A DNA stretch of 64,000 nucleotides from Elusimicrobiota bacterium (GTDB taxonomy: Bacteria > Elusimicrobiota > Elusimicrobia > F11), in contig JBGAON010000004.1 in NCBI GenBank assembly GCA_044221725.1, positions 256,001 to 320,000 on the forward strand, given 5' to 3'. Positions 9,875 through 20,583 of this stretch are shown piece by piece; the stretch's first letter is position 1; every line of letters begins with the position of its first letter. Both the position numbers and the translations under genes were made by a program. The notes beneath the pieces are model-generated. The model did not search any database and was not told the DNA's origin. It was given only the letters and a program-made list of their open reading frames with translations.

Positions 9875-10407
9875 GAAACGTTACGGTGTCACGGCGCTAC
9901 GCGCGCGCGCTGTACCAGCTTGCCGTGGAAACCAAGTCGCTCGACGACGTTTTGCAAGCCATCGCCAATGTGGCGCACGCATACGCATCATCGGATGATT
10001 TCAAGCGAATTGCTTTGAACCCGCTTGTGAAAGCGGAGATCAAGCAGAAGTTGATGTCGAGCGTCACATCGAACAAGCTCGTGCTGAAATTTACGGATTT
10101 GTTGGTGCGCCGCAAACGCGTGGACTTGTTGCCGATCATCCACGAACAATTCGTCGCCATGGCCGATGAGATGCACGGTTTGCACCGCGCGCTCGTAAAA
10201 ACGGCCATGCCGCTTACGGACGCGCAAAAGCGAACTATCGAGTCGGATTTGGCTCAGCGGCTCGGCGGAAAAATTCTTGGGCAGTTTGAAGTAGCAAAAG
10301 ACCTGATCGGTGGAGTTTGGGTCAAAATGGGAGATAAGGTGTTGGATGCGTCCATCAAAGGGCGCATCGAAACGTTTCGGCATCAACTGATGCACAGCAC
10401 GAACTGA
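9871..10407 (+). CDS. atpH: ATP synthase F1 subunit delta
   Basis: RRYARAL; LIGG....GDKVLDASI. Confidence 0.95.
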   Translation: MRNVTVSRRYARALYQLAVETKSLDDVLQAIANVAHAYASSDDFKRIALNPLVKAEIKQKLMSSVTSNKLVLKFTDLLVRRKRVDLLPIIHEQFVAMADEMHGLHRALVKTAMPLTDAQKRTIESDLAQRLGGKILGQFEVAKDLIGGVWVKMGDKVLDASIKGRIETFRHQLMHSTN

Positions 10408-10416
10408 CGCGTAAGC

Positions 10417-10449
10417 GGGCCCCTGGATAGAGGCATTCCAGGGTGACGA
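10417..10449. repeat. Half copy of REP-like family A element
   Basis: GGGCCCCTGGAT-agagg-CATTCCAGGGTGACGA. Confidence 0.75.
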
Positions 10450-10464
10450 ACAAAAGGAATATTT

Positions 10465-11979
10465 ATGGCAATCAAACCGGAAGAAATCACAAGCGCATTA
10501 AAGAAACAAATCGCCGAGCTCGATGGCAAAGCGGAGCTTCAAGAAGTCGGTCACGTTCTTCAGATCGGTGACGGTATCGCAAGCGTTTATGGACTCGAGT
10601 CCGCGCTGAACGGCGAATTGCTGGTGTTTCCCGAGAATACCTACGGCATGGTGCTCAATTTGGAATCCGATTCGGTCGGCGCCGCAATTTTGGGACGTGA
10701 TACGCACATTAAAGAGGGCGATATCGTTAAGCGGACAAAACGCATCATGGAAGTGCCGGTTGGCGACGACCTCATTGGTCGCGTCGTGAACGCGCTCGGT
10801 GCGCCGATCGACGGAAAAGGTCCGATCAAAACGAAGAAAACACGTCCCGTCGAAGTTATCGCTTCCGGTGTTGTGGACCGTCAGTCGGTGCGCGAGCCGC
10901 TTCAAACCGGTATCAAAGCCATCGACGCAATGATCCCGATCGGTCGTGGGCAACGCGAACTCATCATCGGCGATCGTCAAACCGGAAAAACCGCAATTGC
11001 GGTCGATACGATCATTAACCAGAAGAACGCCAAAGATCGCCCCATTTGTATTTACGTGGCCATTGGGCAGAAACAATCAACAATCGCTTCCGTTGTGCAA
11101 ACATTGACGGATGCGGGCGCGATGGATTACACCATCATCGTGGCCGCGAGCGCAGCCGAACAAGCGCCGCTGCAATATCTGGCCCCCTACACCGGTGTGA
11201 CGATGGGCGAAGAATTTTCATGGAATGGACGTCATGTACTCTGCATCTATGACGATTTAACAAAGCATGCTCAAGCGTATCGCCAAATGTCGCTTCTGCT
11301 GCGCCGCCCTCCGGGTCGCGAAGCGTATCCCGGCGACGTTTTCTATTTGCACTCACGATTGTTGGAGCGCGCGTGCAAATTGTCGAAAGAGCACGGCGGT
11401 GGTTCCATCACGGCGCTTCCTATCATTGAAACGCAAGCGAGCGACGTGTCGGCGTATATTCCGACAAACGTTATTTCAATTACCGATGGACAGATCTATT
11501 TGGAAAGCAGCTTGTTTTATTCCGGTGTGCGCCCGGCCGTCAACGTCGGACTTTCCGTGTCCCGTGTCGGTGGCAGTGCGCAGATTAAGGCAATGCGGCA
11601 GATTTCCGGTCAACTGCGTTTGGATCTTGCGCAGTACAACGAACTCGCGGCGTTTGCGCAGTTTGCGTCGGAACTCGACAAAACCTCGCTCGCGAAACTC
11701 GCGCGCGGTCAACGCATGGTGGAGCTTTTGAAACAAGGTCAGTACGTTCCATTGGACGTCGCGAAACAAGTGATCGCCATTTTCGCCGGCGTGAAAGGTT
11801 TCTTGGACGATATCGCGGTCAGCAAGGTGCGGGATTTCGAAGCGGGGCTGCTCAGCCACGTGGAAACCAAAGCACCGGACATGCTCGACGAAATTAAAAA
11901 GGGCGATAAGATGTCCGACGCGTTCATGGAAAAACTGACGAATTTGATTAAGGACTTTAAAAAGGGGTTCGCCCAATAG
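10465..11979 (+). CDS. atpA: ATP synthase F1 subunit alpha
   Basis: [29 protein letters not shown]. Confidence 0.99.
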   Translation: MAIKPEEITSALKKQIAELDGKAELQEVGHVLQIGDGIASVYGLESALNGELLVFPENTYGMVLNLESDSVGAAILGRDTHIKEGDIVKRTKRIMEVPVGDDLIGRVVNALGAPIDGKGPIKTKKTRPVEVIASGVVDRQSVREPLQTGIKAIDAMIPIGRGQRELIIGDRQTGKTAIAVDTIINQKNAKDRPICIYVAIGQKQSTIASVVQTLTDAGAMDYTIIVAASAAEQAPLQYLAPYTGVTMGEEFSWNGRHVLCIYDDLTKHAQAYRQMSLLLRRPPGREAYPGDVFYLHSRLLERACKLSKEHGGGSITALPIIETQASDVSAYIPTNVISITDGQIYLESSLFYSGVRPAVNVGLSVSRVGGSAQIKAMRQISGQLRLDLAQYNELAAFAQFASELDKTSLAKLARGQRMVELLKQGQYVPLDVAKQVIAIFAGVKGFLDDIAVSKVRDFEAGLLSHVETKAPDMLDEIKKGDKMSDAFMEKLTNLIKDFKKGFAQ

Positions 11980-12061
11980 CGTCGGCCTGGAATGTCTTAA
12001 TCCAGGGCCCACTTTGCAGAATATAGAGTGGATTCGGACGAAAGACGTGCCGGGATGACGA
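11980..12061. repeat. REP-like family A element
   Basis: CGTCGGCCTGGAATGT..ATCCAGGGCCC...GGGATGACGA. Confidence 0.8.
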
Positions 12062-12071
12062 CTTAAATACC

Positions 12072-12953
12072 ATGGCTTCGTTACGAGAATTACGCCGCAA
12101 AGTTAAATCCGTTAAATCGACGCAGCAGATCACGAAAGCGATGAAGCTCGTGTCCGCGGCGCGGCTCAACCGAGCACAGGAGCGCATTGTCTCCGCGCGT
12201 CCGTTTGCGAACAACTTGGAAGCGCTGCTTCAAACCATTTCTCATTTGATCGAAGTCGAAGCGAGAGAAAAAGGGATCCTGGCGGATCATCATCCGCTTC
12301 TGAAAGAACGCACCGGGAATCGGCTCGATGTTGTTCTTGTAACGGCCGATCGCGGCCTTTGCGGTGGCTTCAATGCGAACTTGATTCGGAAAGCGGTCCA
12401 ATATTTGCGCGAGCATCAAGACGCGGACATTCATCTTTGGCTTGTCGGGAAGAAAGGGCGTGACTTTTTCCGCCGCATCTCGAAAAACGTCGAGAAAGAA
12501 TACGTGGGAATCTTTCAGTCCCTTTCGTTCGTGCAGGCGGAAATTATCGGTAAAGATTTGATCGATGCATTTTTGAAAACGGACACGCGCGGCATCGTGT
12601 TTATCTACAACGAGTTTAAATCACGTTTGCAGCAACAACTTGTGATTAAGCCGCTCTTGCCTATCCGTCCGTTCGAAGCGGTGCCGTCGTCGCTCGAATA
12701 CATTTACGAACCGAACCGGGGCGAGATTTTGGAAGAACTGCTGCCGCGGTACGTGAAAGCGCAAATTTTCCGAATTTTGTTGGAATCACAGGCGGCGGAA
12801 CTCGCGGCGCGCATGGCCGCAATGGACAACGCCACGAACAACGCGCGCGATCTAATCAGTTCGCTCACGCTCACAATGAACAAAGTGCGGCAGGCTGGTA
12901 TCACGAAAGAACTCGCAGAAATCGTGAGCGGCGCGGAAGCACTACAGAATTAG
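12072..12953 (+). CDS. atpG: ATP synthase F1 subunit gamma
   Basis: ITKAMKLV, DRGLCGGFN, RQAGITKEL. Confidence 0.98.
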   Translation: MASLRELRRKVKSVKSTQQITKAMKLVSAARLNRAQERIVSARPFANNLEALLQTISHLIEVEAREKGILADHHPLLKERTGNRLDVVLVTADRGLCGGFNANLIRKAVQYLREHQDADIHLWLVGKKGRDFFRRISKNVEKEYVGIFQSLSFVQAEIIGKDLIDAFLKTDTRGIVFIYNEFKSRLQQQLVIKPLLPIRPFEAVPSSLEYIYEPNRGEILEELLPRYVKAQIFRILLESQAAELAARMAAMDNATNNARDLISSLTLTMNKVRQAGITKELAEIVSGAEALQN

Positions 12954-14417
<1,464 letters not shown>

Positions 14418-14418
14418 T

Positions 14419-14492
14419 TCGTCGCCCTGGAATGTTTTTATCCGGGGCCCATTCTAACTTGGATCCTGGATTGAGACATTCCAGGATGACGA
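14419..14492. repeat. REP-like family A element
   Basis: TCGTCGCCCTGGAATGT..ATCCGGGGCCC...GGATCCTGGAT..ACATTCCAGGATGACGA. Confidence 0.85.
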
Positions 14493-14503
14493 AATAAAAA
14501 ACT

Positions 14504-14944
14504 ATGGCCATACATTTGGAACTCATCACGCCAGAAAAAATGGCGTTCAGCGAAGAAGTGGATTTCGTAGCGGCGCCGACGCCGCAAGGGGAGCTCGGTA
14601 TTTTGCCGCGGCACGCGCCGTTGTTGAGTCAGCTCGCGCTTGGGCAACTGCGTTTTAAAGTGGGGAATATCACGCAGGCGGTCGCCGTAACGGGCGGGTT
14701 TCTCGAAGTGAAACCGAACAGCCGTGTTTCTATTTTCGCCGAAACAGCGGAGTTCGCCGACCAGATCGACGTCGAGCGTGCGCGCTTGGCCGCCGAACGG
14801 GCGAAAGCAAAACTCGCGGAACCCAAACATGATCTTACCGGCGAGGAGCTCGCGCACGTGGAATCGGCGCTCACGCGGGCTCTGCTTCGCATTAAGATTG
14901 GCGAACAAAAGTGGCGTAAACAAAAACCCGAAGGCGTCCACTAA
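14504..14944 (+). CDS. atpC: ATP synthase F1 subunit epsilon
   Basis: GELGILPRHAPL, GGFLEV. Confidence 0.96.
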   Translation: MAIHLELITPEKMAFSEEVDFVAAPTPQGELGILPRHAPLLSQLALGQLRFKVGNITQAVAVTGGFLEVKPNSRVSIFAETAEFADQIDVERARLAAERAKAKLAEPKHDLTGEELAHVESALTRALLRIKIGEQKWRKQKPEGVH

Positions 14945-15456
14945 TGGCTGTGCTTCGCATCACGCGGCACGGCGAAGCGGTGCTTCGCAAAGTGGCGCAG
15001 CCGGTTCAAGACCTTGGACCGGAAACCCAAAAACTTATCGAAGATATGTACGAAACCATGTACGACGCGCAAGGCATTGGTTTGGCCGCGCCACAAGTGG
15101 GCGTTTCCTTGCGTCTTGCCGTGGTCAACGTGACGCCGGAAAAGCGCCGCAATCAATTTGTAATGATCAACCCAAAAATTGTGAAGCGCGAAGGAAAGAT
15201 CGACAGTGATGAAGGGTGTTTGTCGCTGCCGCACGTGGGTGGCGCGCTCATTAAGCGTTCGGAAAAGGTCACCGTTGAAGCGCTGAACGAAAAGGGTTTC
15301 CCGATCCGCATCACGGGGGATGGTCTCCTCGCGCGTTGTCTGCAACATGAAATCGATCATTTGGATGGAAAGCTCATTTACAACCGTGCGCCGCTCAAGC
15401 GCCGCCTGCAGATCAATTGGGCGATAAGGAAGCTGAAAAAAGAAGGCCTCTGGTAA
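14944..15456 (+). CDS. def: Peptide deformylase
   Basis: GIGLAAPQVG, EGCLS, QHEIDHL. Confidence 0.97.
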   Translation: MAVLRITRHGEAVLRKVAQPVQDLGPETQKLIEDMYETMYDAQGIGLAAPQVGVSLRLAVVNVTPEKRRNQFVMINPKIVKREGKIDSDEGCLSLPHVGGALIKRSEKVTVEALNEKGFPIRITGDGLLARCLQHEIDHLDGKLIYNRAPLKRRLQINWAIRKLKKEGLW

Positions 15457-15460
15457 AGCG

Positions 15461-15576
15461 GTCATTGCGAGCCCAGTCATTCATCGTAAATAGAACTGGG
15501 CGAAGCAATCTAACGAGCCAGGATTTGCTTCGCCAGCTCTTATTAATGAATATATTGATGCTGAGCTCGCAATGAT
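15461..15576. repeat. Palindromic element GTCATTGCGAG...GAAGCAATC..GATTTGCTTCG...CTCGCAATGA
   Basis: Terminal inverted repeat GTCATTGCGAG/CTCGCAATGAT with internal hairpins; 3' end overlaps the fmt start. Confidence 0.8.
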
Positions 15577-16519
15577 GAAGACACTTTTTTTCGGTACTCC
15601 CCAAATCGCTGTTCCGTATCTCGACTGGCTTAGCCAACACACCACCGTGGTCGGCGTCGTGTGCCGACCCGATGAGCCCGTCGGTCGCGGTTACAAGATA
15701 ACGGCTCCTCCCACAAAAGTTTTTGCTGAAACCAAAAAAATTCCTGTTTACCAACCCGCGGGACCGTGGACCGAACAGACGGCCCAAGCCTTCAAAAGCC
15801 TCAACGCCGACCTTGGGATCGTGATTGCGTACGGACGAATCCTGCCTCGAACCATCTTCATGGCGCCGAAGCTTGGCTGCATCAATATCCATTTTTCGTT
15901 GCTTCCGAAATTTCGGGGCGCGGCGCCGATGCAATGGGCGCTCATCAACGGAGAGTCCAAAACCGGCGTAAGCGCATTTTGGCTGGAAGAAGGAATGGAT
16001 TCGGGCCCGGTCTTCCATCAGGCGGAGACGCCGATTTTGGCGGACGACAACGCCACGTCGCTTCGAGAAAAACTGGTTCCGCTCGGTATTTCGGTGCTCG
16101 AGCGCGTGGTGCGCGATGTGGAGGCCAGGAACATCCTGCGTCACGCGCAACAAGGAGAGCCCACGTACGCACCGCTGCTTAAGAAGGAACACGGTCGGAT
16201 CAACTGGGCTTTGCCGGCGGCGACCATTGTTAACCTTGTGCGCGGCGTCTGCGAATGGCCCGGCGCCACTACGACATTTAGCGTCGACAAAGGCGCTCCG
16301 CGTCAACTGAAGATTCTTGGGTGTGCGGAGTTTGCTCACCGAAAAAATTCCGCAGCGCCCGGCACCGTTTCAGATTTCATAAAAGACAAAGGCATTGTCG
16401 TGTCGGCGGGCGACGGGCTCGTGCTGGTCCGGAACGTTCAACCCGAGGGGAAAAAGGCGATGCCGGCGAGCGCATTCTGGCAAGGCGCGCATTTAAAGAT
16501 TGGAGACAAACTTGGATAA
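15572..16519 (+). CDS. fmt: Methionyl-tRNA formyltransferase
   Basis: FFGTP, INIHFSLLPKFRGAAP, MDSGP. Confidence 0.97.
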   Translation: MMKTLFFGTPQIAVPYLDWLSQHTTVVGVVCRPDEPVGRGYKITAPPTKVFAETKKIPVYQPAGPWTEQTAQAFKSLNADLGIVIAYGRILPRTIFMAPKLGCINIHFSLLPKFRGAAPMQWALINGESKTGVSAFWLEEGMDSGPVFHQAETPILADDNATSLREKLVPLGISVLERVVRDVEARNILRHAQQGEPTYAPLLKKEHGRINWALPAATIVNLVRGVCEWPGATTTFSVDKGAPRQLKILGCAEFAHRKNSAAPGTVSDFIKDKGIVVSAGDGLVLVRNVQPEGKKAMPASAFWQGAHLKIGDKLG

Positions 16520-17552
16520 AAAGAAATCATTGCTCGAAACGCCAATGGCGGAATGGCCGACGCTCATTGCCGAGCTCGGCGAGCCACCGTTTCGCGCCGG
16601 ACAGTTGGCGGAATGGATCTTTAAGAAGCGGGCGAAAAGCTTTGCGCAAATGTCCACGTTGCCGGCGTCGCTGCGCGAGAAATTGGCGGCGACCTACGCG
16701 CTGCGCACGCTCGAACTCAATAACGCAAACACATCGAAAGGCGATGGCACCACGCGTTACTTCTTTAACACGCAAGATGGCCAGCAATTCTCCTGCGTGT
16801 ATCTTCCGTTTGAAGAGCGACGATCACTTTGTATTTCAACGCAAGTGGGTTGCGCGTGGGGCTGCGTGTTTTGCGCGTCCGGTCGCGTTCCCTTCGAGCG
16901 AAATCTCACGGCCGCTGAGATTGTTGATCAGATTCTCATCGTTGAAGAAGCGTCCGGAAAAAAATTGGACAGCTTGTTGTTCATGGGCATGGGCGAGCCG
17001 CTCGCGAATTACCGGTCGCTCGTTGATGCGCTCCATTTAATTCGATCCCCGCTCGCGCTCGGTTTCGGCGCGCGGCACGTTACCGTGTCCACGTGCGGTC
17101 TTGTGCCGCAGATCGAGAAGCTCGCCGAGGAAGCACCCAAAGTGAATCTCGCGATTTCGCTGCATGCCTCGAACGACGAGCTGCGCAAAACGCTTCTGCC
17201 CAAATCATCGAAATGGACGATTCGCGAGCTCATGAACGCTGCTAAAATTTATTCTAAAAAGACCAGGTCGCGCGTCACGTTTGAGTATATTGTGCTCGAT
17301 GGCGTAAACGATTCCGAACAAGACGCCAAGCGACTCGCAAATCTTGTGCGCGGACCCGCGCAATATGGCGACTATTGGGTCAATTTGATTGCATACAATC
17401 CGGTGCCGGGGTTGTCGTACCGTCGTCCGGCAGACGAGCGCATCGAATCTTTTAAAGAAGTTTTGACAGCGCGGCATGTGCCGGTGCGGTTGCGCAAACC
17501 ACAGGGCGTTGATATCGGCGCCGGTTGCGGACAATTGGGAGAAGCACACTAA
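16500..17552 (+). CDS. rlmN: 23S rRNA/tRNA adenine C2-methyltransferase RlmN (radical SAM)
   Basis: CISTQVGCAWGCVFC, MGMGEP, GCGQL; start uncertain. Confidence 0.96.
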   Translation: METNLDKKKSLLETPMAEWPTLIAELGEPPFRAGQLAEWIFKKRAKSFAQMSTLPASLREKLAATYALRTLELNNANTSKGDGTTRYFFNTQDGQQFSCVYLPFEERRSLCISTQVGCAWGCVFCASGRVPFERNLTAAEIVDQILIVEEASGKKLDSLLFMGMGEPLANYRSLVDALHLIRSPLALGFGARHVTVSTCGLVPQIEKLAEEAPKVNLAISLHASNDELRKTLLPKSSKWTIRELMNAAKIYSKKTRSRVTFEYIVLDGVNDSEQDAKRLANLVRGPAQYGDYWVNLIAYNPVPGLSYRRPADERIESFKEVLTARHVPVRLRKPQGVDIGAGCGQLGEAH

Positions 17553-18562
17553 TGGATCAACCGAATATTTTTTCGACACCACCGGCGGCGCCTCCGCCTT
17601 CGGGCGGAGGCGTGGTACGGTTTTTAAAAAAACCGTGGGTAATTGTGCTCATCGCCGTGTTCATCGTGGGTGGTGTGGTGGCGATTTCCATTAATCGCAT
17701 TATGCTTGCGCTTTTGCATTCACGGCCGGAGGTCGTGGTTCCGAAACTCGAAGGACGAAGTCTTACCGAAGCGTTGGCGATCGTCTCTCCCATGGATCTG
17801 TCGATCCAACAAGAAGGAACCGATTTCGATGAAGGTTTGCCGGCGGGTACCATTCTTAGGCAAACACCGCCCTCCGGCATGCAAGTGCGTGCGGGCCGAT
17901 CAATTCGTGTGGTCATCTCGAAAGGTGGACAGGTCGTGTTTGTTCCGAGCGTGATCGGAAAATTGCTGGCCGAAGCTCAGAGCATGCTTGCGACTGACGG
18001 AATCCAGATGGGCGCTGTGTCCGAATCCTATTCGACTGATTTCGCGAAAAACACCGTTCTTTCGCAGTCGCCGAGTTCGGGCACCGTTGTCACGCGCGGT
18101 GCGTTTGTCGACGTTGAGGTTTCGAAAGGCGCCCCTCCGGTGGGGCTGCCGCTCGTGCCTGATTTTATCGGGAAAACGGTGGAAGCCGCGCGCGACTGGG
18201 CGGGTGGCGTGAACGCCAGCGTGAAAGTAAAAGAGGATCCGAACGCCGTTGGTGCGTCGGGCTCGATCGTGAAACAAGATCCGCCAGCGGGTCAACCGTT
18301 GCTCGAAGATCAGGATATTTTGGTGACCGTGGTGCCGATGACCGGCGGACTGAAATCTCGCTTCAGCTATCAAGTGCCGGCGGATCAGGGCGAAGTAACG
18401 GTGCGCATTATGGCGCGTAACAATCAGGGCGAAACGAAAATTTACGAAGGAAAACACAAAGGCGGTTCCGTTGTTGAAGTGCCCGCTTACGTGAAAACCA
18501 CAACGCGCTTTCGAATTTACTTGAACGACGTTCTTAAAGATGAAAAGGTCATGGAGCCGTGA
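17552..18562 (+). CDS. Membrane-anchored PASTA-domain protein (3 PASTA, no kinase domain)
   Basis: One TM followed by three VP...G...A..Q.P..G..V..VS.G repeats. Confidence 0.9.
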   Translation: MDQPNIFSTPPAAPPPSGGGVVRFLKKPWVIVLIAVFIVGGVVAISINRIMLALLHSRPEVVVPKLEGRSLTEALAIVSPMDLSIQQEGTDFDEGLPAGTILRQTPPSGMQVRAGRSIRVVISKGGQVVFVPSVIGKLLAEAQSMLATDGIQMGAVSESYSTDFAKNTVLSQSPSSGTVVTRGAFVDVEVSKGAPPVGLPLVPDFIGKTVEAARDWAGGVNASVKVKEDPNAVGASGSIVKQDPPAGQPLLEDQDILVTVVPMTGGLKSRFSYQVPADQGEVTVRIMARNNQGETKIYEGKHKGGSVVEVPAYVKTTTRFRIYLNDVLKDEKVMEP

Positions 18563-19212
18563 GTATTATTCTTTCGCCGTCCATCCTGTCGGCCGATTTT
18601 GCGCGTCTTGCCGATGAAGCGAAACTCATGGAAACCGCGGGTGCCGATTGGCTGCACGTGGACGTGATGGACGGTCACTTTGTTCCAAATTTGACGATTG
18701 GCCCGGTCGTTGTGAAGTCGCTTAAGAAATACACCACGCTTCCACTCGATGTGCACTTGATGATCACCGATCCTCTGAAATACGGGGAGCCGTTTGCAAA
18801 AGCGGGCGCCACTGGCATGACATTTCACTATGAGGCAGTCGACGACGTTGCGCGCGTGATTGTGGAATTCAAAAAGCTCGGCGTGAAACCCGGAATCTCA
18901 ATCAAACCAAAGACGCCGGCGTCGGTGGTGTTTCCGTTTTTGAAAGATTTGCACCTTGTGCTCGTTATGACCGTTGAGCCCGGATTTGGGGGGCAGTCGT
19001 TCATGGCCGATATGCTGCCAAAGATTCGCGAGCTTTCCGCCGAGATCAAACGGCAAAACGCTACTTGCATTGTTGAAGTGGATGGGGGGATTGATCCGAA
19101 GACTGGTGCGGAATGCGTCGCGGCGGGAGCGACGATGCTCGTGGCAGGAAACTCTATTTTCAGTGCGGCCGACCCGAAGAAGATGGTCGGACAGTTAAAA
19201 GCTATCGGCTAA
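18559..19212 (+). CDS. rpe: Ribulose-phosphate 3-epimerase
   Basis: PSILSADF, HVDVMDGHFVPN, MTVEPGFGGQ, VDGGI. Confidence 0.98.
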   Translation: MSIILSPSILSADFARLADEAKLMETAGADWLHVDVMDGHFVPNLTIGPVVVKSLKKYTTLPLDVHLMITDPLKYGEPFAKAGATGMTFHYEAVDDVARVIVEFKKLGVKPGISIKPKTPASVVFPFLKDLHLVLVMTVEPGFGGQSFMADMLPKIRELSAEIKRQNATCIVEVDGGIDPKTGAECVAAGATMLVAGNSIFSAADPKKMVGQLKAIG

Positions 19213-19450
19213 GAATAGCGACGGGCTTTCCTTCTTTGCCGTCGTCAATAACAAAATCCAATCCGGAAACCACGGGGAACAATTTCCCCGCTACCAAAAG
19301 ATGCGCCCACGTGGGCGCGCAGCCTGTCAGCTGCACATGCTTGCCCTTGTAGGAATCAATATTGAGCGCCGAAACTTTCTGTTGGAAGCTCGCCAGTTCC
19401 GCTTTGCCGGACGCGATATCGTTGAGATCCAACGTAATTTTTTCGCTCAT
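19202..19450 (-). CDS. Small alpha/beta protein, DUF2480-like, coupled to the Fe-S carrier genes
   Basis: ATGA overlap with the iscA-like stop; YKGKHVQLTGCAPTWAHLLVA motif. Confidence 0.65.
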   Translation of the reverse strand: MSEKITLDLNDIASGKAELASFQQKVSALNIDSYKGKHVQLTGCAPTWAHLLVAGKLFPVVSGLDFVIDDGKEGKPVAILSR

Positions 19451-19779
19451 ACGGTAAAGGATTGCCCGCACGAACATTCGGCGACGGCTTGCGGATTTTT
19501 GATTTTGAAACCGGATCCCATCAGCGAAGAAACATAATCCAACTCGGATCCCGCCATATATAGAAGGCCTTTTGAATCCAAGTAAACCTTCAGTCCGTGC
19601 TGTTCGACGACGTTGTCGCTCTTTTGCGGAGCATCCCAGTCCGGCTCAATCTTGTATTCCATGCCCGAGCATCCGCCGGAAATCACTCGGATGCGCAGCG
19701 CGCCTCCGGGTTTGCCGGTTTTCTCGAGCAGTTGTTTCGCCTTGGCGACCGCTCGTTCGGTTAATGTTAAGTATGTCAT
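19447..19779 (-). CDS. A-type Fe-S cluster carrier (IscA/HesB family)
   Basis: GGCSG, NP, CSCGQSF. Confidence 0.95.
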   Translation of the reverse strand: MTYLTLTERAVAKAKQLLEKTGKPGGALRIRVISGGCSGMEYKIEPDWDAPQKSDNVVEQHGLKVYLDSKGLLYMAGSELDYVSSLMGSGFKIKNPQAVAECSCGQSFTV

Positions 19780-19788
19780 TTGCTAGTT

Positions 19789-19809
19789 CGTCGCCCTACC
19801 AGGATGACG
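19789..19809. repeat. Collapsed REP-like family A element (termini only)
   Basis: CGTCGCCCT-acc-AGGATGACG matches the two outer ends of the 14419 element. Confidence 0.55.
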
Positions 19810-19819
19810 CCAAAATGCG

Positions 19820-20146
19820 TCAGGCCTCGAAGGAATTGCCGCAGCCGCAGGATTTTTTGGCGTTTGGATTTTGGATCGCGAATCCTTCCGATCCGAAATC
19901 TTCTTTGTAGTCGATCGTCGATCCGCCGATGAGTTTGCTGGTGTTCGGATCGATCACCAATTTAAAACCCTCGTATGCTTGTTCCGTATCGTCAAACTTA
20001 CCGTCGTCGAATTTAAAACCGTAGGAATAACCGGAACAACCACCCGCTTCAACGAACACGCGGAGAGGTTTGCCAGCCAGCGACTGGTCCTGCGCATAGA
20101 ATTCTTTAATTTTGGTAATGGCCCGGTCTGTTAACGTAACATTCAT
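19820..20146 (-). CDS. A-type Fe-S cluster carrier (ErpA/IscA family)
   Basis: GGCSGYSYGF, NPNA, CGCGNSF; SD AAGGAG. Confidence 0.95.
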   Translation of the reverse strand: MNVTLTDRAITKIKEFYAQDQSLAGKPLRVFVEAGGCSGYSYGFKFDDGKFDDTEQAYEGFKLVIDPNTSKLIGGSTIDYKEDFGSEGFAIQNPNAKKSCGCGNSFEA

Positions 20147-20452
20147 CTTTATCTCCTTAATTCCTTGGTCCTTTCGAATCGGATCTCCGACGGAAAATCG
20201 GTTGTATTGTACCTAAAATAAGAACAGGGTCACGTAGCGAAGGTTTCCGTGTTGCGGCTCTTCGGAACGTGACCCTGTCCTCGTGTGGTCGCGGTAGGTC
20301 TATGCCCCCGACGGACGACACTTTAAAGATGGGAGGATGTGGGGGATTTTAATTGTTGGTGACCCACGCTCGGTTAGGGTGACCTCGCCCAGCAATCCTC
20401 CCAAAATTTTCACTTGGACTGCTTTGTAAAAGATCGTCGGTACTGATACGCC

Positions 20453-20481
20453 AGAGTAGGGCCGCCCGACGGAGAAGTCAA
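20453..20481 (-). promoter_or_regulatory. Sigma70-type promoter for the Fe-S carrier genes
   Basis: Minus strand TTGACT-N17-TACTCT. Confidence 0.6.
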
Positions 20482-20525
20482 GTGAATTTCCAGTGACAAA
20501 GAAGAGAATGCGATTTGAGGCGAGA

Positions 20526-20565
20526 ACACGGAGTGACTTGGAATGTAACTTCGGTCACTCCGTGC
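20526..20565 (-). terminator. Hairpin downstream of trxB (possible terminator)
   Basis: 11-bp perfect stem CACGGAGTGAC/GTCACTCCGTG; U-tract weak. Confidence 0.45.
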
Positions 20566-20583
20566 AGAATTTCGCGGAAAGAA

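Noticed and set aside
19202..19450. Csx3/Crn3 ring nuclease
   Set aside because: The G..P.W.H similarity is short, the downstream His and DPR motif are missing, and the context is Fe-S rather than CRISPR.
20224..20402. Known riboswitch, 6S RNA or tRNA
   Set aside because: I could not match diagnostic motifs of the SAM, c-di-GMP, TPP or cobalamin families or a cloverleaf; kept only as an unknown structured RNA candidate.
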